From contig NC_043000.1 in assembly GCF_006345805.1 (NCBI RefSeq), forward strand, positions 144,522,001 to 144,586,000: a stretch of DNA of 64,000 bases, in the 5' to 3' direction. The position numbers and the translations under genes were made by a program. The DNA comes from Octopus sinensis (lineage: Eukaryota). Below the pieces are notes generated by a model, which was not told the DNA's origin, searched no databases, and saw only the letters and a list, made by a program, of their open reading frames with translations. Shown here piece by piece: positions 13,871 through 28,055 of the stretch; within the stretch, counting starts at the first letter, position 1, and every line of letters begins with the position of its first letter.

Positions 13871-14165
13871 TATTGATAGAAATGGTAAGAAAACAAAAGA
13901 ATGTAAGAGACTTCGATATTATGTAAATAGAGGAAACTATCTGTAAATATAATATGTGACAATTATTCGGCTGCCATGAAAAAAGTTTGAGATTCTGATT
14001 TCGGGGCGGAAACCCACGCCGGCATCACTTCCGTTATCGGGCCATCGAAAAATGCTATGAAAATTACCGTTAAACAAAGGGAAATTACTGCGTGATACTC
14101 ATCCACCCTCACTTGTAACTCACACATGGTCAACCACACATTCACCAGAAAAATTATATATGTAC

Positions 14166-14257
<92 letters not shown>

Positions 14258-14293
14258 CGGATATGTTTAACTATACATACATATATATATATA

Positions 14294-14332
14294 TGCAAAG
14301 GAAGATTAGATTTAATCTAATCTTCCTTTGCA
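14294..14332. repeat. Perfect 19-bp-arm inverted repeat with 1-nt centre
   Basis: tgcaaaggaagattagatt t aatctaatcttcctttgca, directly after a (TA)n tract. Confidence 0.95.
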
Positions 14333-15326
14333 GTTCGTGAAGCTGTTATGAGGAATTTTTGCAAATAATTCTAGGTATTAATCTATTATCAACATTTAAT
14401 AATACTAACATTAAACATTAATTTAGCTAATGCCATCCATCCACCTTGAAATATTAATAACACGGTTATTGTAACTCAAGACATTTACAACAGAATCAAG
14501 TTTATGTCAAGTAACTCTAAAATTAAACCATTCTATATACCATTGGAAAATTACTTCTGGTAATGAAATATTTTTTATGTAGGCAGCTCATTTCAGTTAT
14601 ATAGAAGGATTTCTAATCATTAGTCTACATTTAGGGATAAGTATAAACGTAACAGTATATGCTTTAGAAAATTAATTTGGTATCGAAAATACCTCAATAA
14701 ACAATTTTAGATTAGTTGATTCTCTCAATTTCTATACCTTATGATAATGTCAAGGAATTCTGGCTTCTCTGTAATTCTGAACTATTCTCTTTTTTCTTTT
14801 TTTTTTTGTAAACATCCCCGTTTATAGAACGTGCATACCGATGTAAACACTGGCAGAAAACACCTTTAGTTCATATAAGTGATATCTATCATTATATATA
14901 ATTTAAACATTAATTTTCTTCTTACATTTCAGTCAATAGATATATCTTTTCCCAAGACTATAGGGTTTTTATTTAATTTACATATTAATTTGCATATCAT
15001 TACATACTTCTCATTTATTTTTTCTTTTATTTACCCTTCCTCTTTATATAAGCTACGTTTGGCGTTATATCCCCTAATGTTTTTTTTTAAAGAAACTTAT
15101 TAGCTTTCAGTTAATCACTATACATATCCATCACATTCTTTTAAAATGTCTTATTGACAAGTTTCATTTCTTCATTTCCCTAAAGAGATTACATTGTTTT
15201 ATGTCATTTTATTCCTTTGGAATAATACCAGTGATATCTTCAAAACATGTGTTGGAAGTAAAATAATTTGAATAGCACCTGCGTTAAACTCCATATATAT
15301 ATATATAAATAAATAAATATATATAT

Positions 15327-15362
<36 letters not shown>

Positions 15363-16639
15363 AGTATACGTATATGTGTGTGGATATACATGTGTTTGTA
15401 TATGTTCGTTTATGTATGTGTGTTCGTGTCTCTGTATGTGTATGTATGTATTTTTGTCTGTGTGTGCGTGGCGGCAATTACCAAACACACATTAACTTGA
15501 ATACTTCTTTATTATTACTTATTTTATCTTGTTTGAATTTGATCATTCTCGGAGTATATTTCAAAACGAAATTTAATAAATTTCGCCAGATTAAGTTTGA
15601 AGATTATTTCTTATAGCCTTTTGGAAAAAAAAATGTCACATATACTTTTTTTCCGACATTGAATTGTAATCTTCATCTTCGACTTCAATATAATTTATCC
15701 TCCAATGATTTTTTTAAATATTTATTAATAAATTTATATTATATTTATGAAGCATTTCTTCTCTTCTTCAATCACCATATAATTTTCATAACGAATTTTG
15801 CAATGTAACTTCATTATATTTTTTGATGCTGCAAGTAAAATTCAGAAAACTTTTCCTTTCTCTTCTAAAATATGATTGCCTTACTTTGGTGTCATTGAGT
15901 ATCACAAAACGTACTCACACCTTAAGCGAACCTTTGAATTTCCTAAATAATGTTACAGTGTTGTGAAAAATAAATGCAATTCTTCTCTTCTTGTATACAT
16001 ATACTGTAATTAGAGGTTGCAAATGCACTGAGAATAGTTAAAATAATTTTTATTAATGTATTTAAAGCTTTACCACAGATTTTCAAAAAGTTCAAATTCA
16101 AAGACGTGGCTTATGTCACAGCTGTCTTGCTTCTGACTCGTGTTTGAATCTTGCCCTATTCCTATATGGAGTCCACAGCTCAAATGATGGGTTGATGATG
16201 GCCCTATGACTGGTCTTAGAATTTATTTTAGATTCTCCGCGAAGTTCTTGTGTTAGTATCAAGTGACAATGTTAAGATTGACACGGTTGACTGAACATGT
16301 CCAAACGATCAATGCTCTGAATGATTTCTGTCAAGTGTTTGTAGAGAATGAACATATGATTAAGTTTATAACCTTTTGTACGTTTCCCGCTACGCTCGTC
16401 CGTTTGTGTCACGTGATAGTATATTTCGTGCCTAAAAAGAAGGCCGACACGGTTAAGTGAACATGTTTAGATATAATCAAGTCACTCTAAATTTAATGTC
16501 TTTTGGTAGAGTGGGCAGGAACCATGTAGTCTGCTGGGTAATGTTTATGTTGTTAGTTGTGTAGATTCATCATGATAAGCGGCAGAATTTTGTGTGTGAA
16601 AAGTTATTTGTGTATGTATTTTGTTAAAGTCTATTTAGT

Positions 16640-16830
16640 CTTAGTTTGTACTTTTGTATGAAAGTATTTACTTCGTTTATCCGTACTTCATCAGTGGTAT
16701 TCGCTGAACGTAGGTAGAATGTTAAGCCCTGAAATTTGGGAGACTTATTTTTTTCGCATATGTCTATGTGTCCACTGAGTTGGATCTATCTAGTACTGGG
16801 GTCTCGTATTTGTTATCGTTGAATGATCAG
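16640..16830 (-). pseudogene. Penelope-like element GIY-YIG endonuclease C-terminal fragment
   Basis: Minus-strand translation SGHIDICEK, then after a frameshift NKSPKFQGLTFY...TDEVRINEVNTFIQKYKLRLN; matches the PLE endonuclease end pattern H..C....F....R..E..FI.K....LN and parallels 43081-43200. Confidence 0.65.
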
Positions 16831-16884
16831 TCAATTTCTTAGAGTAATCTTCATTACATCCTTGACTGTATGAAATGTAACATG

Positions 16885-18135
16885 TATCAGATTGTGTAAA
16901 AAGTAAACGACATTTTTAAGCATGAAGAATCTGTACTGGATTTTTGCATAGTTTTGGAATTTGTTTTTTAAACATTGCTTTCTGAAATTGTCTGATAATA
17001 CAGCCATAGATGCGCCGAAGTTAACATTGATTTTTTATTCACGGGTATTACAATCATCTCAAATGGATCTATCAAAACACGATATTCGTGCAATTTCTGT
17101 AAAAAAAAATTCTGTAAAAAGGAAGTAAATCAGCTGAAACTGCTTGCGATATCAACGAAAAATTTGGTAAGGAAATGACCACAGATGAGTCAGTGGAGAA
17201 CTGAACCTTATAGATCATGAGTATAGTGGACGCTCATCTGTCATGGATGACGTTCAATTAAAGACGGCCATTGAGAAAGATCCACATACAACCACACGAG
17301 AACTGTCAAAAATTAGCCACAAAACTGCCCGCAACCATTTGCATGTAATCGGAAACTAAAACAAAAAGCTCGATAAATGGGTATCGCACGATTTGAATGA
17401 AAATTTTAAATTGCGCAGATATGAAATTTCCTCGTCGGTTCTTCTCTCTAACTAGCCCGATCCATTTCTCGATCGTATTGCAACTTGCAATGAAAAGTGG
17501 ATTCTGTAAAATAATAAAAACATTTCTTCGCAGTGGTTTGAACATAATGAAGCACCGAAAACCGTCCTTAAACCCGAGCTCTCCACGAAGAAGGCTATGG
17601 CAACTCTTTGGTGGTGTACTGATGGACTCAAACACTACAACTTCTTAAAACTCGGGAACATCATTATTGTAGAAACGTATTGTCATGAAATTGCCAAAAT
17701 GAACGAAGACCTGCTACTCCTCCGTCTCATGCTGCTCAACAGAAAAGGGTGAATCATTCTTCATGACAATCCTCGACTATACGTTTCACTAGTTATGCTA
17801 CAGAAGCTGAAGAAACTTGGCTACGACGTTTATCCCCACCCAGCTTATTCCCATACCCTTCTCCTACCAACTACCACTTTTTGAAGCACCTTGAGGTTTT
17901 CCTGCGAGAGGAGTTCAAAAATCAAACCGATGCTAAAAGTAAATTTAAAGAGTTTATCAGCTCCAGAACTCAAAGTTTTTATGTCACCGGAATGAACAAA
18001 CTTGTAACTTCTTGGCAAAAATGTGTTGATTGTAATGGTACTCACTTTGATGAATACAATTTCATTATTGTTGAAATATATTGTGATGAATTTCATGTTT
18101 CAAAAGGCTGCTTAGTTTTTACTCAGCCTGATGTA
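16885..18135 (+). mobile_element. Decayed full-length mariner element (about 1.25 kb) with pseudogenised transposase at about 17063-18054
   Basis: Motifs KLDKWVSHDLNE (WVPHEL), FLDRIATCNEKWIL, HDNP, HPAYS, FYVTGMNKLVTSWQKCVDCNGTHFDE; degenerate terminal inverted repeats of about 40 bp at 16887-16926 and 18092-18131. Confidence 0.92.
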
Positions 18136-19271
18136 TATCAATTACTAAGAATTTTGATTTTCATGTATTTGACTTCTATTCTCCCATTGAAAACAAATTC
18201 TTCCATATTTCTATTATTCTTCCTATTGTTCGACCCATCTATGTATATTATAATCATGAAAATAGAACGCACACATCATGAACTATATCCCTAACGTATA
18301 TTCTTGTTTATGCTACACTAAAGTTTTCTGTCATTTGAAATCAGTATATCATATTTATTTACAGAACGGAATATTAATGCGCCCTATTTTTTCTCGGGTT
18401 TTCTCTATTCGAATAGAACACTATCATGCTGTGTAGGAGTGCGTGTCAATATTTATCGTAGAAATTATAAAATATTCACATTGCAATGTTCTTCTTTAAT
18501 TTTATTTTAATGAAAAGAGAAAGAAATTAGCTATCTATTGTTCTGAAAACAATGAAACTGCTTTGCTGTTAAATTACGTTTGCCTAAATGAATTTATATT
18601 GATATTATATTTAAGTTTCCAATGAAATATAAACGAAAATGTCATAAATAATATCGAATTTAGTAAAAGAAAAAAATGAGAGATTAAATTGGGAAGAACA
18701 AACAGAAAGATCAAGAATTAATATCCATGATGCGCGTTAGAGAAATAAATTTAAGTGATAAAAATTACTTTTGTTTTAGGGTACAGTATATAGTTATGGC
18801 TTACATCTTTATACTTCAACAAACTGAACATGTATTGGCGCGAGGCGCATAATTTAAAACGAAACAAATCAAATCGATTTGGAAATATGGAACAATAACT
18901 AAATATAAAGAGGGTGAATAAGGAAAGCAATAAATTTCTTATATTTCTATAATATATGGTAAGATTATTATGGACATTTAAAAATCAATTGAATGGAAAT
19001 GCAAAATTTATGCTTTTTGTTGTCTTTAATATTTCACAGTTCTATTAAGATAATTGCACTCGGATGAATTTCAAATAAAGCGAACCAAAAAAATTGCTGA
19101 GTAATCTGAAATAGAATGATTCCTAAGGTATTTCTATAACATTCATAATCATAATTATCATTATACACTACACAACATCTTTAGATTCGATATAAGCCTT
19201 TTCATGTATCTCCCCTCCTCCGCTTAATCGTCTCCGTCATCATCATACTGATCCTTAAGCACATAGGCCTG

Positions 19272-19287
19272 CTCATCATCATCATCG

Positions 19288-19368
<81 letters not shown>

Positions 19369-19680
19369 ACAACAACAACAACAACAACAACAACGTCACT
19401 ATGAACATCATTTATCATCAATATTGTCGTCATAATCTTCCTCACTATCATCATCATCATCATTGTCATGGTTGTCGTCGTCACCATCATCAGCGTCATC
19501 GTCATCATCATCATCATCAACAACAACACCGTCACCATGAACCTCATTTATCATCAATATTGTCGTCATAATCTTCATCACTATCATCCCCATCATCATC
19601 ATTGTCATGGTTGTCGTCGTGATCATCATCATCGTCATCGTCATCACCAAAGCATCATCTTCATCATCGTCCTCATCATT
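19272..19680. repeat. (CAT)n/(CAA)n compound microsatellite with an internal duplication of about 135 bp
   Basis: Pure CAT run followed by two diverged copies starting cgtcac(t/c)atgaac. Confidence 0.9.
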
Positions 19681-20386
19681 GCCGCAATAAATTAAATCAT
19701 ATTCTTTGAACATGAACTCCCGTTAACCATTAGGGTGGATGCATGTTTTAGAAATTCAAAAAAATCTAACATTAGAAGTAATTATTGAATTTCTTCTGGC
19801 CCTCCAGTGCAACGCTTTTCATACTACTGATTCCCTTTTATACATGTGTGTTTCTTACAAAATGTAACGAATCTGACAACTTCTTTAGTACATTGGATTT
19901 ATTCAAGTTATATGGTCTAGATAGACAAAATATATTGTGAAAAATACTCCACAGATATTATAGGGTCTCAATGTTTTCACATATAAAGAAATCCTCACAC
20001 ATACATTGCTGAATGTATTAAAAACATTATATTCTCATACACGCGCACAGATACACACACATACATATGTACAGTTTGGATTTGTGTACTACTCAGTTTT
20101 TTAAATACTTTTACTTTGGGTACGCCATTCTAATTAGTTCATGCAATTTAAAAACCGCATTATCTGAGATGACCGAATATATTTTTCAGTTTGTGTCTAC
20201 TCACAAGATTTTATTAAAATTTTGACAGCGAATTTTCGCTTAAATGTTCATGAAAAATCTGTGTCTTATTATCTGAAATATAGTTTACTCTTCACTAACT
20301 GTTTTACAGTCGCGAATCAAGCATTTTCTTCACTTGAAGTATTCCCGGCTCAGTGTGGGTCTTGCGATTGTTGATAGCGCTGAACA

Positions 20387-20466
<80 letters not shown>

Positions 20467-21141
20467 GTGAGGGAGGAGTATTTGCATAAATATGCATGTA
20501 AATATGTGTGTGTGTGTGTGTGTTTGTTGTTTATCAAGCTGCTAATGCTTCATTTGATTAAATGGCGGTCAGGAATGTTAAACATGGTATACGCAATTTA
20601 GAATAAAATTGTAGGTGGGTGCTAAACGGAACTAAAACCGTATGTAGGTAAGTTAAAAGTATTCGTTGAAAGATCAAAAAAGCGATATATAAGCGATATA
20701 AAAGCGATATTTCTGTGTAGATAAAACATATACAAAAAATTATATACTCGTATATGAGACAAAAACAAAAACAAAAGAAAAACACTCGTTTCTCTATTTC
20801 ATTGTTATTCCAATTTTTATGATGATAACAGGAACTAAATGACAAAAAGTAAATACCAGATATGGATGCCCATCAAATTTACTCTAAATACCACTCATAT
20901 TATTCATTTAAGAATAAGCAATGTGAATTCTATGTCTTTAAGTATGTATGTTTTTCTTTTAATTGTATATATGTATTGTTATCGCCATATTAATATGGCA
21001 GTCTTATAGATATAAGACTAAAAGCTGTTGCTGATTAGCTCCATGAGGCCGTCGCCTTAAGATAGCTATTTGACACACAAACTGTGTCCATTATAACCTT
21101 TGAACAAGGGAGGTCAGCCGCTTCACACTGCTAGTCAGACA

Positions 21142-21184
21142 GCTACAGACGCGTTTCAGGGTATTTGCCCTTTGTCAATGTAGC
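21142..21184 (-). ncRNA. Minimal type I hammerhead motif with two core transitions
   Basis: Minus strand reads gctaca TTGACAA AGGG caaata CCCT GAA ACGCGT C tgtagc: perfect 6-bp stem I, 4-bp stem II, palindromic stem III, GUC triplet. Confidence 0.7.
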
Positions 21185-21905
21185 GTAGTCGACCCAGCAG
21201 GTGTCGCCACTGATCGTCTCTGTTCGAAGGTTTTATTTACCTAGTTCCGGTGGAATACATCCACTTGTTTTCAATGTATATATGTAGTTTTACGTTTACT
21301 ACTGTAGCTTTTATCGCAGGCATGAAGCACAGTCACTGGTGCACGTAAACACACAAGGTATATCTATGTACATGTGAATGTTTTCGCCTTAACGTCCTTG
21401 CAGGGGTTTACGATTTGTTTTTCTCACCTGAGATGAGCAGAGGAATATATACATTGCATGTATTATCACATCCTAAAGTATTTAGTGACCGCCCCTTATG
21501 TTGAAGTGAGAGGCCTTATATTTGAAATACTTTTCCACACTGAACTAGGATTGCGTTAGTGAATTGTAGAATCTACTTGCGGCTGTTGTTCACACACAAA
21601 CACATAAACGCACGAACATACACACATTTATAGATTCCGTATATTTTTCCAGGATGATTATCGTGAATATAGGCTCATAGGCTTGGTGGGAAAAGATGAT
21701 GTACGTAAACCCCTGATTTGTTTGTATAGAAGCGCAAATGTTGTAGATAATTAATCTATAGCTGTTATGAAAAATGGACATCTATTCAATATCAGGGCGA
21801 ACTTCCAACTTTCTCTTTCCTGTCTCTCTGTATCTCTCTCTCCCTCCATCCCTCTCTCTCTCTCTATATATATATATATATGTACATACATACATACATA
21901 CGTGT

Positions 21906-21949
<44 letters not shown>

Positions 21950-23989
21950 TATATATATATGATTGGAACCCGTTTTGCACGTATTACCTCTATACCAAAA
22001 TTTATTCCTTGGTACCTGTATATGCTACCTTCTTGAGAAATGAACTCATTATTTAACGCACCAATTATTGTAACCAATTTATTTCCCTCACTCCGATGTC
22101 ATTAGTCCAGTTCCTTATGTTAACAACGAAGATTCCAACTTTATTTGTCTAAACATCTAGCGACATATTCCACTTAAATATATTGACAATACGCTTCAAT
22201 AAGATCTATGTAGCTACAATTAATGTATTAGTTTATGTTGAAGTTATTTGTAAATTCTAAATATGTATATATGTAATCTTGTATAATCATGCAGTAAACA
22301 AACAAAATATTGGTATTCCAAATAAAGGAAGAAATAGTGTAAAGCAATAGTTGATAGCCTGTTTGACCTAGATGCGTTGACATTGTTAAGAAACAGGTAA
22401 ATTTTCGATTGAATTAACGTGAATTAACATTAAATATCAAATGAAGCACATTTTGAAAACTACGTAATGCAATTTTTACGTTGTTAATTTCGCGACCTAA
22501 AAGTTACTTTATTAAATTAATCTAGTCATGTTTAGATTAATATTCTACTTTGGTACCACCATTTTCGAATTCACAAGGTTGAACGAATTGAAGAGTAAAT
22601 AACAACGATTGACGTATGTGTAAATTAGGAAGACTTATCTAAACATTATAATGGTTCCCGTCAGTATATTTACTATTTCCAACAAAGGCAGAGTTTTAAC
22701 ACGCTTAAAATTGCTTTGAATTCAAAACCTAATTAATTCCGAACTAATAGATAAGTCATCTCTTATTCAAAATAAAATTCACTCTGCTACGTTGTTGACC
22801 CTAAACCGTGTATCTTCTAAATCATTTAAATAAATATAAGTGGCATCGTAGTTGAGAGTGTGTATTGGCACTATCGATGAAGTGCGTCATTTATAACGAT
22901 TATTATTCTTACGAATTGAATCTTTATTTCGGTTACGTTGGCTGTTTCTTATAATTAAAATTATGACGAATATATGGTGCTGCGGTAGTACTTTCTGTTC
23001 TGGTTCTGTGTATATCTAAAAGTACACCGGCAATGTCTGCTTTTGAGTTAACACATCTATACAATTCCCATAAATATACTATCACGTTTCTTACAATGAA
23101 ACAATATCAAAATTTCTTACAATGAAAGAGTATCTGCGCTCATTTGATACAGTATGAAACATATTTCCAGAAACATGCTGCTAAAATATCTTTGGATAAG
23201 TTATAATATATACTCTAACGACACATTACTAAATTATTTACATGTGCGAAATGTGTAAACGTTTATTTTTGTTATCGTAAGACATGGCATACAAGTTTGA
23301 AGACATTTATTAACATTGAACAAGATTATGACGTTTCTAGGGAAATATATTTAACAATGTATCCACATTAATAATTGCTACTTGAGACAAATGAAAGTAC
23401 GTATAAATATGATCAGTGAAAAACTGGTTTCGAAGGAGAGACTATGCACTAGCAGCTCCAGAGGAAACTGCAGTTCACATGTATCAAAGGGCTTTATTCA
23501 GAAGTGGATGCATACATTTAGAAATACCTGCCACTTACACTGTAACGATAACTGTAAAGATGTAGGCCTAAATACAAGGCAAACACTAGCAAAGCATAAG
23601 AACGTTCTTACGGCAGGATTCACCTATAAGCACAGACGATTCACTGCCTGTTGGGATTCATTCTTTTATTCCTTCCAAGTCATTAGCACTATAAAAATGA
23701 TCGAATTCTGAGACATATACTTTGCAATCTGGCTTTGATATTTGGAATTGTTACGTAAACATCTTCGTTTCAGAAGTGGATCGCACTCAGCAGGGCAAGC
23801 TACAAACAACATTTTCATAAAAAAATACTTTGCATTTCTGGTGCTCACAACATTATTATGTTATTCTACGATAAATAAAACTTATCAATGAACAGTCGTT
23901 TCACATTTGTACACAAGCAAGATTTTTTTTTTCATTCTTCACAAACACACACACATATACATACGTGCACTCACTCACTTACACACTCG

Positions 23990-24100
23990 AGCAGCTGAGT
24001 GGTAAGAAGCTTGCTTCTCAACCATATGGTTCCGTGTTCAGTCCCGCAGGCTGACCAAAGCCATGCGAATGGATTTGGTTGATGGAGACTCGAAGAAGAT
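23990..24100 (+). mobile_element. SINE-like family B, 5' fragment
   Basis: gagtggtaagaagcttgcttctcaaccatatggttccgtgttcagtccc...gaccaaagcc...ggatttgg. Confidence 0.7.
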
Positions 24101-24494
24101 TTCACGTTCTTTTAGTATTGTATTTAAATTTTCTTTTTACAATGTTAAAGTGAGTTAAACATTAAAACAAATATTAGTAACGTTCATAAAGTTCAATTAG
24201 TCTTCTCATACGTTCGTAGTAACCATCAATAGTAAAACGACTGACTTCATCATTTCTATACCTTTTAGAAGGATCTGACAAGCTGCTTTTTTTCGAATAC
24301 GGTTTTTACCAATAAGCAAGCAGCTTCGACGTTACGGTTTATCGGGTGCACGAATACTGCTAGTATAGATGCCGCATTTATTTTAACCGATTGTCTTGCG
24401 GTATACTTATAATGGTTTCATGAGGGAGCAAACTTTGTTTTGGTTTCAATTGTTTTCTATCTATCAGTGGGAGTCTTCTGTAATTTATATATTA

Positions 24495-24567
<73 letters not shown>

Positions 24568-24840
24568 ATACATAATCAAACACACGCGCGAGCGCACATA
24601 CAAAATCGAGGCACTTTTGAATCTTGAATGTCAATGATGGCAACTAAAAAAATATTACATGTTCAATGCTCAAAATTAAATATACCGTTATGCGAGTGGT
24701 TTTCTATACATGCACAGACACAAACACACACACACGCACGATCTCTCTCTCTCACACACACACACAAACACACACACACCCACACACACACATACACACA
24801 CACACACATATATATATATATTATATATATATATATATAT

Positions 24841-24971
24841 TTAATTTATTTTATAGAAGGAGCTTCTACAGGACTAGAACTGTTTCATTCAAATGAAATA
24901 ATCTTCCTGATGACTTCATTTGAATGAAACATTTCTAGTCCTGTAGAAGCTCCTTCTATAAAATAAATTAA
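24841..24971. repeat. Inverted repeat, 57-bp arms (1 mismatch), 17-nt loop
   Basis: Arms 24841-24897 and 24915-24971; begins directly after a (TA)n tract. Confidence 0.95.
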
Positions 24972-25033
24972 TTTACTCTGCTATGTACTGAGTACCTTAT
25001 TTACTGTGGTTAACCCCGACTCAACCCGGGACC

Positions 25034-25078
<45 letters not shown>

Positions 25079-25498
25079 GTATATGTATATAACCATTAGT
25101 GAATGGATATTCTCAATGAATGTTCCAAGCTACTTCGCCGGTAGGCTGCCTATAGTGCGCTACCGGAGACTTACTCAAGGCTCCTATTTTGAACATATGA
25201 TTGTCAAATCCCAGATATCAACACTCTGAAGCAGTTATCGCCACTGTGCGTAGGTGTAGGCAACTGGCGAATTATCTTTTCGCATAAATTGCGTTTAAAA
25301 CCTAAAATGGAAATGGTGTAATTCGATAGATTTTTTCAAAATTAGTATTGCTTCTAATTCCTATTCAAATATGTGTGTGATTTGTGCGCGTATTTATCTA
25401 TACATATGACTATAGAGAGAGTGATATGTTTATAAATATATTGTATATGTCTGTTACATGTGTGTGTGCATGTGTATATATATATATGCGTATATATA

Positions 25499-25544
<46 letters not shown>

Positions 25545-26464
25545 CTTATACATGTGTATATATAATATATGTGTGTGTGTGTGTGTGTGTGCATAAAACT
25601 AGGAGTGTATGTATGTTTGGAAGCATACATTAAATAATTCAATCTATTGTAAAAAAAAACACGATTATAGAAATTGTATTTTTTAATGTACATAATTTTA
25701 AAAGGCATATTTTAATTTTGAAGTGATGCAGCTGATATTTCTAGCAAGTCGGTAGCTCGTATACATCTCATTAATATACAGAATTCAATTTACTCTGTAA
25801 TATCTTTCTTATTTCAAATCCATGATATAAGAAAGATCAATCAGTATCTAGATGGGCTTGGAAAGTTTCACCTATCATAAAATTCTTTACGAAATTCAAT
25901 AAAATAATTTTGTTAATATTATTTCAATCTAAGTGTCAAATACTATCTATTCTATTTGGCATTCAGATTAACGAAATGATTAAATGAAAGATAGCATTTT
26001 TGCAAATTCTATTCGAAAAACGTTTTCAATTCAAAACAAAATGAGCATGGCATGTATTCATATAAAACCTAAAATGGGAACGGTGTAATTCTTTCGTGTT
26101 TTTTCTCTGAGGTTCTCCTTTTAGTGCTAAGCAATTTCAATGAAGTTTAAGAACAGGAGAGAAACAGAAACAGATTATACGTGTGTGCACGTTTGTTTGT
26201 GTTTGTGTGCGTGCGTGTGTGTGCATGTGTGTGCCTGCGTGTAATGTGAAGGACGTGAGTACTTATATGTGTAAGCCAGTGAATATATGTAACTTGCTAT
26301 TTCACCGATAGTTATCTACCTATCAAGCCACCTGTCTATCTGCCTATCTATCTACCTACCTGTCTACCTACCTACCATACCTACCAACATATCTACTAAC
26401 TTACCTATCTACTTATGTGTAAATCTCTCTCTTATTGAGATATATAGTTATATGTATATATATA

Positions 26465-26514
<50 letters not shown>

Positions 26515-26827
26515 TATATATATAATGCAGGTACAGACAGACATTGATAGATAGATATCAGTGTATAGTGTGTATATGTAAATCATGTCGTTGGAGCATG
26601 TGTATATAAATAAATATATGTGTGTATATTTTATAGATGGATAGATAGATAATTAGACAGATATACATATATATGTACTATATGAATATACGCACATATA
26701 TATATTTATCTATATATCCATCTATATATTTATACCGTGTTTTTTGATTCGTCTTCTAAATGTTTTACGTTCTTGTCCCAGTTTGTATTTTTCTACATAT
26801 AATATATATATATATTACATATATATA

Positions 26828-26869
<42 letters not shown>

Positions 26870-26886
<17 letters not shown>

Positions 26887-27012
26887 TGTGTGTGTGTGTG
26901 TCTTGTATTCTATGTTTGTCCCTCCACCATCACTTGACAGCCGATGTGGTGTATTTCGTTCCAGTATCTTAAGGGTTCGGCAACAGAGATCGATAGCATA
27001 AGTACTCGCTTA
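26870..27012 (+). mobile_element. SINE-like family B, 3'-half fragment
   Basis: tttgtccctccaccatcacttgacagccgatgtggtgtattt...ggttcggcaacagagatcgatag. Confidence 0.65.
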
Positions 27013-27325
27013 CATTATATATGTAGAAGGTTGATAAGGAATACACAAGTTAATATGTATAAGGATAATATGTCAAGTTAGAAAATGCTAAATTAATTTT
27101 ATGAAATACATTTTAGTAAACAGTTTAGTTTCAGGCATTGAGACTCTTTCAACTCTAAGTCTGGACAAAAAATTAAATTGTAGAATGAAAAGATTTTATA
27201 AATATTTCCATAGTATTCATACAAAGGATATTTTCCTTGTTTCTGCCTGCCTCTGTCTCTCTCTTTTTTTTTACTCTTGTAGATTCATGGTAGTTATAAA
27301 TTCTGGTCTTTGATTGTTAAGCAGC

Positions 27326-27795
27326 AGTTGTAGTAAAGTAAGGAAGGGGGTGGCGGAGGAGAAGAAGAAGAAGAAGAAGAAGAAGAAGAAGAAGAAGAAG
27401 AAGAAGAAGGAGAAGAAAAGAATGTGGGAGTGGTATGATAGTAGTAGGATGTTAAATGGTCAAAGGCACTGAAACTGATTGGCTGTGGATGATACTAGTG
27501 ATTGGAACTGATTTTAATGAATTCTTGAGGTATTTCTTTTGAATGTGTCTTTTTTAATTTTTGCGTGGGTGTTATTTTAATCAATAGTAGTAGTATAGTA
27601 AGGAAGGAGGTGGTGGAGAAGAAGGAGTAGAAGAAGAAGAAGATAAAGAATAATAAAAGAATGCGGGTGTGGTATGATAGTAGTAGGAAGGTTAAATGGC
27701 CAAGTGACATAAAATTGACTGGTTGTGTATGATAGAAGTTATTGGGACTGTTTTGAATGAATTCTTGGGTATCTCTTTTGAATGTATCGTTTTAA
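27326..27795. repeat. Diverged tandem duplication of about 255 bp; first copy has an expanded (GAA)n
   Basis: Both copies read agtaaggaagg.ggtgg.ggagaag...aagaatg.ggg.gtggtatgatagtagtagga.g.ttaaatgg...aatgaattcttg. Confidence 0.85.
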
Positions 27796-27809
27796 TACAC
27801 AGACTCACA

Positions 27810-27853
<44 letters not shown>

Positions 27854-27937
27854 ATATATATATATAGATGGATATAGACATAGATATGTATACATAGATA
27901 TAGATATAAATATAGATATAGATATTGATATATATAT

Positions 27938-28055
<118 letters not shown>

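Noticed and set aside
13980-14060. Short CpG-rich patch with ggcggaaa and cacttccg motifs, promoter-like
   Set aside because: Short motifs arise by chance and no linked gene is evident.
16340-16440. cggacga...gaaacgta on the minus strand downstream of the PLE fragment
   Set aside because: Stem II closing pair and stem I are both missing.
23718-23800. Possible minus-strand host exon (ttgtttgtag acceptor, ACPAECDPLLKRRC..., gtatat donor)
   Set aside because: Weak donor, no recognisable protein and no partner exons; needs RNA-seq.
25298-26090. Shared 27-bp word aaacctaaaatgg.aa.ggtgtaattc at about 25298 and 26065; also ttcaagttgcataagtt.tatctg at about 4381 and 9191
   Set aside because: Probably fragments of old dispersed repeats; too short to assign.
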